From Macrostomum lignano (taxonomy: Eukaryota): 64,000 bases of DNA. The stretch lies in assembly GCA_002269645.1 (NCBI GenBank), contig NIVC01002965.1, positions 34,491 through 98,490 on the forward strand, written 5' to 3'. Made by a program: the position numbers and the translations under genes. The notes below the pieces were generated by a model. The model did no database searches. It saw only the letters and a program-made list of their open reading frames with translations, and was not told the DNA's origin. Below, piece by piece: positions 44,099-53,641 of the stretch (the first letter of the stretch is position 1; each line of letters starts with the position of its first letter).

Positions 44099-46784
44099 GT
44101 TTGTTTGTTAGTTTGTTTGTTAGTTTGTTTGTTAGTTTGTTAGTTTGTTTGTTTCGAGTAATTACATTAAAAAAGCAAGTACAAGTCAGATGCATTTCTC
44201 CAACAGCTGCTTCGGTTGCTCGCTAAAGCAGTTGCCGATGCTGCCAGAAGAAATCGTGAGACCATTCGACGACCAATCAATCGTGTGCCGGTGCTCGGGT
44301 GGCACTCTGGCCTGCCACAAGGATGTCTGTCCCGTGCCCAACTGCCCACGTGAGGTGCAACAGTTGGACGGCCAGTGCATGAGTTGCAGAAGTGAGTTTT
44401 TGTCTTTCGCATTGGGTAAAATATTATTTGCCTTCACAATCTCTAAGCATTTTACTTAATTGACTTAGCTGCAGTAGATCCGGGCATCGGGGAGCGGGAA
44501 GGCGCTGGTTCCTGTTCCGAAAACACCTGGGCGATCACGGGCAGCTGACGAAGAGCCCAGAGGCTCGAAACCGCTGCTAGCCCTTATTCAAATTTTTTTA
44601 AACATGCCGTGACCTCTCTTCTCTCTCTCTACCTCTCTCCCTCTCTCTCTCCCTCTCTCCCTTCTCTCCCTCCCTTCTCTTTCTCTATATCTCTATGTCT
44701 CTTTCATGACATGCGCTCAAAGATTCATAAGTCATGACATAATTGTTTTCGAAACGAGTAATTAGTAGTTTTTAAGGCGTAAATTTTTAAAAGGGACACC
44801 TGCCTAAATTATTTAACCAGTTTGAATTCCCAGTTGAAATTTCGAACTTCTGAATGACGAAGAACTTGCGTTACAAGGGTCGGCATAGTGCTACAAAAGT
44901 TTTTGTTTATTTTTCGAATTTTACAGAACAATTTGGCGAAGACCGCCGTCTCAGGCGCATGACCAGCTTGGATCAGTGCCTGTTCGAAGGCTCCGCGTAC
45001 GTCAATGGCACCAGCTGGCGGCAGGACGCCTGCACTTATTGCTCATGCCAGGTAGTTCGAAGACACAATTAGCGTGACTGATTTCTGAAAGTAAATTTTG
45101 GCATCTGACAAAAATGTCGAAATTTACGCGGGAAAACATTTTTGCTACTTCTTTCTTCAGGCACTTGCTAAGGTGGTACAGGCAATCATGTGAAATAATC
45201 CCAGATTTCCTTGACGCAACCCACAGGCGGGCACAGTTCATTGTCGACGAACCAACTGTCCGATTCTGACCTGTCCGGAGTCGCAACAGCTGCTGCCAAG
45301 TCCGTCAGAGTGTTGCAAAGTCTGCAGCAGTGGCCGCAGCCAGCTGGACTGCGGCGACTCGAGCGGAAGACGCTATCGGGTGAGCTGCTCTGTAATCCTA
45401 AATTCTTGCCACATTAATTTGGGGCTAAATTGGAATTTCGGCTTGGCTCTGCTCGTGCTATTAACGCCCTTGAGGCCAAACCCTCAAGGCACAGTGAAGG
45501 CACAGTGAAGTGTACATGCCTAACGATAATTAAATCTAGGGCCGCTGTGCACTCCTGTCTGTGCGTATGACTGCGTACGTATCCGCGCGCTTGTGTGCCT
45601 CCTGCTCAGTGGAGACGGCGGAATGGGCAGCAATGCCTCTCGCCGGTGGTGTGACATTGTCGCTTAAAGTCCGTTACGGTGGACACAGCCCCTGCCTCAA
45701 AGAAAGCTTTGACATTATATCAATTTTTAAGCTTACAGATTGAGGTTGCAGCCTAGTGGTCAAAGCGTCGGACTCAAGCCTTGAAGGTCCGGGGTTCGAT
45801 TCCCGATCCCACTAAAACATTTGTGTCCTTGAGCAAGACACTTAATTCTGCATTGCTTCAGTTCACCCGGCTGTAAAATGGGTGCCAGCATTAGCTGGGG
45901 AAATTAGTGTTGTATGTGGCGACCCCCCAGTCCTTGGACTGACCTTGGAGCTGTCGGTTTGACATCTGCCCAATTAGGGCATGCGTAATCAATTATTATC
46001 AACTTTTAAACTTCAGAATGGCCAGGTGTTTTGTCTCAAGTTAGCTATTCTACACCTCACAATATAACAACCGAACGTAAAACAGTCTAACAATCTAAAC
46101 TTGCAACAAATTAGCCTAGATCTGAATGGATTTTTGCCATAGACGATATAACGATAAGAGGAACCGAAGTTTCTTTGGAAAATAGGTACATCCATGATTA
46201 ATCAGAGCGATTCTCCTGTCTAAGTCAGAAAATCTGCTTGATTGGCGGCCAGTCAAAGGTTTGTTGCCCAGACAAAATCAGCTGTCGGCAAAGTCACCTG
46301 CCGATGAACTGTGGCGAGAGAAAAAGAAAGTTATTACTCGTCAGCTTTCCAATATGGTCAGTGGTATAGGCATCTAACTGATGGACCACATAGAAACGTT
46401 TATTATCTACTAGCGACTTTCTCCTTTGACTAGGAATGGGGGACCGGTTTAGACAGTTGGGTAGAAAGTTATTGTCCAAGATTTATAGTTGCCTAGCAGA
46501 AATAATAAACCAAATGCGAGAGGGAAAGAGAAAACTCGGACAGATCTAGATGAATCTAGTTCACTAGTTCAAGGGTATGCAAAGAGATTAGGGCTGTGCT
46601 TCTCAGATTGCGCGTAAGGTTCTGATTTGAACCTCGATTCCACAGTGCTGGTACAGTTGTGGCATCTTGGATTTCGTCATGTTAATTGGAAACGCTGCGA
46701 AAATTGTAACATTCTTGCGGATTTTCTGCCACAGCTTCGCTTTGGACCAGTAAATCATCTGAGTGATGATTATGGTGATGATGG

Positions 46785-46836
<52 letters not shown>

Positions 46837-49229
46837 GATAATGATGATAATAATGATGATGATGATGTTGATAATGAAGAAGAAGATGATCATGTCTTTG
46901 ATGGATCTTTGGCCTTGCAGTCCTCATTGTTTCTCAGGCCAGAGTCAATAGTAACCAGAATGAACTTTCGAGGAATTAAAAAAAGTCTAGAGTCAATTAT
47001 TTGCAAAAAATTGCAAAACTGAGTTATAAACTAATACTCCGTGTTTTTGGTGGGGCCGAACACTTCAGATTCTCGTTCAAGGTCTCCATGTCATAATCAA
47101 GAGTCAATCAGATGATGCGTATATCAAATACTCAAAAACTCGAAGTGCACCCATGAGCCCAACACGCTTTCCTGACATAAACTTCCGCTTTATTCTAAAT
47201 CTCTCCCAGCACGGCGAGACGTGGCGCCCCGACAAGTGCTCACTGTGCTCCTGCCACTCTGGCCAGATGTCCTGCCGTCAGCTGGACTGTCTGGCATCGA
47301 CGGACGGTCAGCAACGCAACGACACCTACGCGTCGGCTGTCTGCGTCTGGCTGCCAAGTCGGCAGAGGCTGCGAACTTTCGACGCTCGATCGGCCGAGAT
47401 GCTTCAAGGCTGTCGGTGAGCATAGTAATGCTGTCGAACCAACGTCAGCTCTACCTTCCAATTCCCTCCCGCAACTGGAAATGTCTCTACTACAGTGTAC
47501 GTCCTCGGTCAACGAAGAATTTAAAGTTTACACCCTTTACACCCTTTTCATTCCTAACATACATAAGCTCGTACATACTGCTCGTGCTTGCGCTACTTGT
47601 GCCACTTTTTTAGTTCATTTTCTGACGGCTCTACAGGACGGAGAGAAAGTGAAGTATTTAGCTCTTGCAGTGGTTAAAGACTGTAGAAGCCGTAAACATA
47701 CTCATACTCTTACTTCTAGCTTTTTATTCTACTGCTAGCTTTCCTAATTTTGTATCTACGGCAGAAGCGTAGCAGAGGGAATTGAGGGTTGGTGTTAAAG
47801 CCCCTGGTGCTAAAGCTCCTTGTGTTAATGCCCCTAGCGATGTCCCTGCACGATTAAAATTTTGGCTACGTCCTCGATTTAAGGGTATCTCGATACTAAG
47901 ATTGGCACGTTGAATATTTGATATTTTGCCATTTTTAGTATATAGGAGGATGTGAAACCCAAGACTCCAAACAAAAATTGACAGGTACACCCTAGCAAGA
48001 CGCAGGCGAACAGGCTTATCAATCAGATTCACAGCGGGCGGTCGAGTACCCGCCACGCTCAGCATCCGATGGGGCGCTGGCAGGCGGCTCACGCTCGGCC
48101 CCGAACTGCAGCCTCGCCTGAACCGTCGCTGGGTCAGCCGAGCTGTCCTAGCAACTGGACTCGCACGTATTGATCCAACACTCTCTGAGCCGTTGGTTGC
48201 TATGGAAATCGTTTCCGGACACGCGTTGGTCTCGCTGTCTGGAGTGTCCGGAGCTTCTAGTCGGCTTGCAATTCTATGGGACGGCGCTGACTATCTGGAA
48301 CTGCAGGCGAGGCCGCGCAGTCTCGCTAATCAGTTCAAGGGGCTGTGCGAGACGGCCAAGCGAAGACGACGGCGTCCAGACAGGTCTTGGCGTCGGGGTA
48401 TCTGTCGAGCTGGGAACAGTCGCGGTAGCAGGAGAGGCAGTCGACGAAGACGGTTGCTAGCGACCTGCCCAGAGGTTCGCGGTCGACCAAAACAACGACG
48501 TCGTTTAAGGCGATGGCGTAGGCAGCATTGCGGAGCGCTTCGGAGACTGCGTTGCTCGGATCGAGTGCAGGTGCAGTTGTACTTCAAGTGAGAAAGTCTT
48601 CTAGATAATGAATTTATCTTTGAAATATGTTCGCGACCATTGCGGGCAAAGGGGTGTGCTATTAACCTGAGTTATTAACCGGGTCCAGGTATTGCAATGG
48701 TAATTTAGTTTGAAGCTGCTCTTTGAAAATTTTTTAACGTCCGGGTTACATAGACATTGTTCTGGGCCCAAACAATTGACCTCTCAAATCATTGCAAAAA
48801 TACTAATATAACATCATCTGAATGCACATGGTCCTATCAATCACTACCCAAAGCTGGTGCACCGAACGTCTGTGCGCCTGTCGCAACCAGCGTAGCCCAG
48901 AGCGCTGTCTGTGTCCGGTGGTTCGAGCCGCCCTGCGAGACTGCGCCAACGTTGGCATTCCCGTCCTAGCCATGGACCCGGCTCTGTCGCGCCCGTGTTC
49001 TGAAGAGCAAGGCGGTGATCAGCTTTGCCCGCCGCAATTTCGCTACTCTAATTGCGTTTGCCGCGATCTTCGTCAGTGTGGTCGACAGAGAGCGCGACGG
49101 GAACGCTGCAGTGACTGCGTCGGAGGCTGCGTGTGCGACAGGTCGGCTCGGTGGCTCCACCGCGGTCGATGCCTGAAACGGCGTCGGGATTGCCCGCGCT
49201 ACTCGCTGATGCCAAGCGAACGAGATTGA
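42013..49229 (+). CDS. BMPER: BMP-binding endothelial regulator / Crossveinless-2 orthologue (signal peptide, 5 VWC, VWD, C8, TIL), 9 exons, 677 aa
   Basis: Exons 42013-42079, 42150-42226, 42866-43149, 44207-44391, 44927-45051, 45227-45379, 47210-47415, 48027-48587 and 48854-49229 join in frame (2034 nt). CR2 CVAGVVTE parallels BMPER CQEGVVTE. VWD motifs RTFD and WDG..YLEL..GLC; C8 LCAC..RCLCP..RDC; terminal TIL. The exon 7/8 junction is the least certain. Confidence 0.85.
42365..42620. repeat. 21-bp minisatellite (GATGAGTTCTATTGGTGAGTA) in BMPER intron 2
   Basis: About 11 tandem copies. Confidence 0.93.
43245..44150. repeat. ~900-bp (TTAG)n/(TCAG)n microsatellite grading into (TTTG)n, BMPER intron 3
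   Basis: Direct inspection. Confidence 0.98.
44539..44583 (+). ncRNA. Minimal hammerhead-ribozyme-like motif (Penelope-type), probably inactive
   Basis: GGGCAG-CTGACGA-A-GAGCC CAGA GGCTC-GAAAC-CGCTG-CTAGCCC: core, perfect 5-bp stem II and a bulged stem I. The cleavage triplet would be CUG and stem III is mismatched. Confidence 0.45.
45471..45672 (+). repeat. Dispersed repeat family X, copy 4
   Basis: GAGGCCAAACCCTCAAGGCACAGTGAAG...GTACATGCCTAACGATAA...GTCGCTTAAAGT; colinear with the 38420-38622 copy. Confidence 0.8.
45742..45990 (+). mobile_element. tRNA-derived SINE with CORE-like domain, copy 2
   Basis: A-box CAGCCTAGTGGTC, B-box GGTTCGATTCC, then TGTGTCCTTGAGCAAGACACTTAATTCTGCATTGCTTCAGTTCACCCGGCTGTAAAATGGG; 3' part shared with the 19761-20027 copy. 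Confidence 0.88.
46766..46890. repeat. (GAT)n trinucleotide microsatellite in BMPER intron 6
   Basis: Direct inspection; source of the poly-D, poly-H, poly-I and poly-M ORFs. Confidence 0.95.
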
Positions 49230-50301
49230 GTCGCACCTGGCGGCTAATATTCACCTGTTTGTTGTTGACTGAGACGTCAATTCGAGAGCATGGAGGGATG
49301 GGTAGATAAGCGTAGAGGCAAGACAATTGATGAAAATTTTAATAGGGACGACTTACTATTAAGCAAAATTAATAACTTTCGAAGAGGACATCCAGATAAC
49401 TTTAAAAATGAGAAAGGGACCGTCAGTCTACCTCTCCTCTGATTGCTGACATCATTTCACTAATTTTCCGCTAGCATGGCACATTACTAATGAGTAGTCA
49501 GTTGCTAACAATTGTATTGTCCCTCTCCCTCATTCCGAAGGATCATATAAGTGTTTTTGAAGGTACACAGAAAAAAAAACATTAAAACGGGTTCCAAGGT
49601 TTGGATTGTCGTTAATTACAACTCAACGCCCAATGTAATATTTGCATGCTTTGCTAATTGAAATACAATAAATATAAGAAGGGTAAGGGGTAAGCGCTGA
49701 AGTTTTCAGTTTTTGTAAACATTCAGTCAAATTTAAGATTTATTGTACATTTCAATGGATGCTACATGCAACCGGCAAGAATTCCATAGTCTGAAGTAGG
49801 TGATTAATATCCAGATTCTGGCATTGGCTAACAAAGGAAGTGATGGTCCATCTTGTAGTGACCACGTGTACGGTTAAGCTGCTCTCTTGCCTTTCCTGTA
49901 TGCGGACTACCGGCATAGTGCTGGTGGAGAGAGTTCGCAACAACTTCGTTAACTGAATAGTTAATTTGTTACGAGCTATTTTAGGCAATCTGTGTTGCCC
50001 CCTAAGCGCGGGGTCGCGCTGGCCTATGTCGATCTTTTTTCTTGCTGTCTCTCCTTGGGCCTCTCTGGTATCTATTCGCCATTTTCTTTCGAAACAGATT
50101 AGTTGGTAATTGTATCTATCGGCAACCAGAGACGCATAGGCGATTAGGGGTAGGAGGTTAGTGCAGTTAAAGCTTGCTTTTTGATAGACAGTCGACCAAA
50201 AGCAGACAGTTCAAACTAGATAAGAAGGAGCAGACAGCCAGTTTGAATGAGAACTCTGCTTTTCTCAGGAGACAAAACTCACAGTCGATAAGGATCAAAA
50301 A

Positions 50302-50877
50302 ATGAACATCCTGGCTCTGCCTCAACAAACTGACGGAGCCTTTCGCTTTCCCAAGTGGTACTCTAACTACCTCAGCGGCAACAGCCGCAGCGGAAGCCTT
50401 GCTGCCTCTGGTGAGACGACTCAAGCTCACCGGCTGACATATCTTCAAGCAGATGGCAGTAGCAATCGAACCGACCAGCACAAGCACAGACAGCGAAGCC
50501 AGCTGCCGACTCTGAGGAACGGTAACCCGCCTCAGCCGGCGACCGTCTCTTTGCCAAAGCTTACGGTTGGACGAGCTGTAGTAGACTCCGAACTTAAAGG
50601 CAAGCAACAGCTCAGCTTCAGAAACCTAACCGAGAGGTACAACTCGTTCGCCACCGCCCCCGAGGCGAGTACACTAACGCAGAGACGCTACCACCAGCAG
50701 CAGCAACAACAACAACAGCAGCAGCAGCAGTCATTGCTGTACAGCAATATCCGCTGCGCAACTCGAGCCAGACTTTGCGACTTCAATAAGCTGGCTCCTG
50801 TCACCATACCCAGCGTTGGGGACATTCGACGAGGCTTCAACGGTCTGCCACCAATCTCCATAAAAAAGATTGGATAA
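50302..50877 (+). CDS. Hypothetical 191-aa protein with a poly-Q tract (single exon or last exon of a longer gene)
   Basis: Uninterrupted, GC-elevated ORF amid AT-rich flanks, with a CAG/CAA run and C-terminal CDFNKLAPVTIPSVGDIRRGFNGLPPI. The frame is open upstream to a possible acceptor CAG ending at 50284. No family recognised. Confidence 0.6.
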   Translation: MNILALPQQTDGAFRFPKWYSNYLSGNSRSGSLAASGETTQAHRLTYLQADGSSNRTDQHKHRQRSQLPTLRNGNPPQPATVSLPKLTVGRAVVDSELKGKQQLSFRNLTERYNSFATAPEASTLTQRRYHQQQQQQQQQQQQSLLYSNIRCATRARLCDFNKLAPVTIPSVGDIRRGFNGLPPISIKKIG

Positions 50878-51618
50878 AACTTTTCCATCAGTTCTTTAAA
50901 TTGTATCAGAAAGAAACTGCAATCAGATTTTTGTAACGACACTGACAAGTTTAAAGATAAACTATTCGTTTGCATGTTTTCTTTATGAATCCATTTACTC
51001 CTACATTTAGGTGATTAACGGTGTGATTTCTAGACAGACTCAGATGCTGACAGTCTAAATATATCTATTTATTTATAGTTTCAACACTAGAAATTATAGC
51101 AGGCCTACAAGCAAAGGATAAAGCGCTAAGTTATTTCTAAAAAGTATGTATGTAAAACAAAGTTGTTGGCCACTCTGTTTTGACTTGGATATGTACTGTA
51201 TTTCATGCTGATAAAATTAGTTCGTATGATGAAGATTTTTATTTTGACTCACTGACTAATTGGTTATGCAAAGAGGGTATTTTAATTTCAACGCGACTAC
51301 TTACACACATGAATATAATCTCCGTTTCTGTTATTTGCACACGATTATATCGGATACAACAGAACTCACAGGTGTAGCGAAAAGGCAACTGTACAAAGTG
51401 ATAGCCAATGACAAGAAATATCGATGAGCCGATTGTGTACATTTCAGTGTACGCTCACTGACTTTGCCTTTTCTCTCAACATTCAAGTCTGGGAAGAGTA
51501 GCTCGTACAGTGAAGTTATTGAATAGGTGTATGAGTCATCTGGTCTCCGATGATTTATAAGTAGAGCCTGGCGCATCAAATCTAGACAGACTGCCAACGG
51601 AGAGACAGAAAGCGAGAC

Positions 51619-53641
51619 ATGGCTGACCTTTCCGACCACCCGATGCAGCACTCACACCAGGCATCGTATGATATCGAATGGAGCAGGGGTTATTGCGACT
51701 TTACCAACTCAGCTTCCGTGCCCCTGATGCAGCAGGACATTCTGTACAACGGGGCGACAGACAGTCCAGTCGGGGAAACTTTCGACGGCTCAGAATTTGC
51801 CTATCAGCAGCTGCAAGAACAGCAGCAGCAGCAGTTGGACTGGGCAATGTCCCTGGCCGATCTAGCCGACAATACTAGGCGATATTCAGCTATTATTGAA
51901 CTTTGCAAGAAGTCCGACATCATACCGGATTTGGCCTGTCTGCTGTGGTGCACTCCAGGTGTGCTGGCTATGCTGGTGATGGAGACTGTTCGGCTGTATC
52001 CGGACATTCATCCGCCGCACCTGGACAGCCAAGGTGTGCATCTGCTCTGCTCTGTGGCGGCACTGCAGCAGCGTCTGGTCATTGACAGGCGCACCCGACA
52101 GCCGTTCCTGGAGTCCGGCACTCTGCGCCTCTTCTTCCCTTTCCTGGGCGTTGTAGGGAAAACTCGCGACACTGAGCACCTGAGAATCTGCACCTTGTCG
52201 CTAATTCTGACCGTCTGCCAGCGTCAGGAGCCGCAGCAGTTGTTGCAGCACCTACAGCCAACCAGAGGCGACCTCCTCCGTCTAGTCACCTTCTGTCTGG
52301 GCGAGTGCATCTCCGAGGTTGGCCGGTCGATGGCGCTAAAGATCCTCATGAGCTTTCTAGGCTGTGACGATGTGTTGAACTACCTGTGCCACAGTTACGA
52401 CCGCTTCAGAGAGCTGCTGTGGGCGATGGGACGATTGGTAATCCGGCTAGAGAGAAAGTTTCTGTCAGATTTTAGCGACCAGTCTAAACGAGTTTTCAAG
52501 TAAGTCAATCCATTAGAGATTGAATTCTTTCTTATCGGTTTTAGGATGGCTTTGAATTTTAAATCAAAGCTTACGGGGGGAATAGTTGCTGTCTCAATGC
52601 TCAATGCTCACGGGGGAATAACTGAGATGTCAAGGCTAAAGTCAGAAGCTAAATGTAGTTTATTCAAAACTTTTTATCAAATTATTTGTTGGCTCCTCAC
52701 GGGGGTCGCTGATCAAAGAAGCGTCATGTTGAAGTTAAGAGATTCATTTTGGAGTCACTACGATGTCGACGGCTTGGAGGGAATCGCTATAATGATGTAA
52801 TGCTAATGCTATTCTCTTGGGGAGAATTACTGAAATTTCAATGCTTTAGGGTTAGGGTTAAGGTTAGAAGGTTGACAGGAGATTTTTTAAGATTTCAAGA
52901 CTTATTGGGGTCATCGCTGAGATGTTGAGGGGGGAAAGTTGATATTTTAAGGATTATGGGGGAGAATTGCTGAGATGTCAAGGCTTACAAGGGATTGCTG
53001 AGGCTGCTGCAATGAGACGCTACATGTAGTTTATTAAAAACTTTTACTGCATTTTTTGGCTCCCCAACGGGGGGGGGGGCGCTGACTGCTAGTCATGCAC
53101 TGATGTTACAACCTCCAGTATCATCAGAGGGTGTGTTGATTTTACCTTCAGTCTCAACGTAGATTCCCAGCAGACCCATCATCGTATTTTAATCCTCATC
53201 AGATACGTCATTACCACATTTATCCGAATCTGCGATCACGACCTCGGCCGGGAAGCCCTGATGCACTGCATCCCTGTGGAACTGTTCGACGGTCGGTTCT
53301 GCAGCATCTTCGCCAACGACGAACAAGTGGAGCGCTGGCTGCAGCAGTTGCACGCCAGGATCTACGGCTATCCAGCGGCCTCCATCTGTGCCAGGAACAA
53401 ACTCAGCTTGTCACCATGCGGTGACAGCAACAATAACAGCACTAGCGGGCCTGAGAACGCCAATACCAGCGGCACCACTGTCTCTAGCTGGTGTCAGCAG
53501 ACGGCAGCTCCGGGACCTTTGACGCTGGAGCAGCCACCGCAGCAGCAGCTGACGCAACCTGCCGCCCCACTTCCTGCTGGTGTCGAATCGTCACCTGATC
53601 CGCTCTTCCTGCTCACTGCAGGTGCAGGACGATTCCGCTGA
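51619..53641 (+). CDS. CNOT9: Divergent CNOT9/Rcd1 (RQCD1)-like armadillo protein, 2 exons, 456 aa
   Basis: Exons 51619-52499 (donor GTAAGT, phase 2) and 53152-53641. Segments ELCKK..IPDLACLLW, LYPDIHPPHL, KTRDTEHLRICTL, LNYLCHSYDRF and REALMHCIPVELFDGRF..WLQQL parallel Rcd1 ELSKK..VPDLAPMLW, IYPSINPPTL, KTRPFEYLRLTSL, LAYICQTYERF and REALRQCLPDQLKD..WLAQL (reference recalled from memory). Confidence 0.85.
52570..53092 (+). mobile_element. 5'-truncated Helitron relic (unit-B family) in the CNOT9-like intron
   Basis: Ends with the CCCCAACGGGG hairpin, then GCTGACTGCTAG|T. The body is the reverse-complement homologue of ~29524-30080, including TTAGGGTTAGGG. Confidence 0.8.

Noticed and set aside
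46603-47022. Poly-Asp/His/Ile/Met ORFs
   Set aside because: (GAT)n microsatellite inside a BMPER intron; the BMPER exons join in frame without it.
48192-48205. Near-perfect RFX X-box GTTGCTATGGAAAT
   Set aside because: It lies inside a BMPER coding exon, ~2.1 kb from the next ORF, with no independent support.
51331-51651. 106-aa minus-strand ORF with a GTGAGT donor, head-to-head with the CNOT9-like gene
   Set aside because: No recognisable domain and no linked exons found, and it overlaps the CNOT9-like start. A short divergent gene cannot be fully excluded without RNA data.
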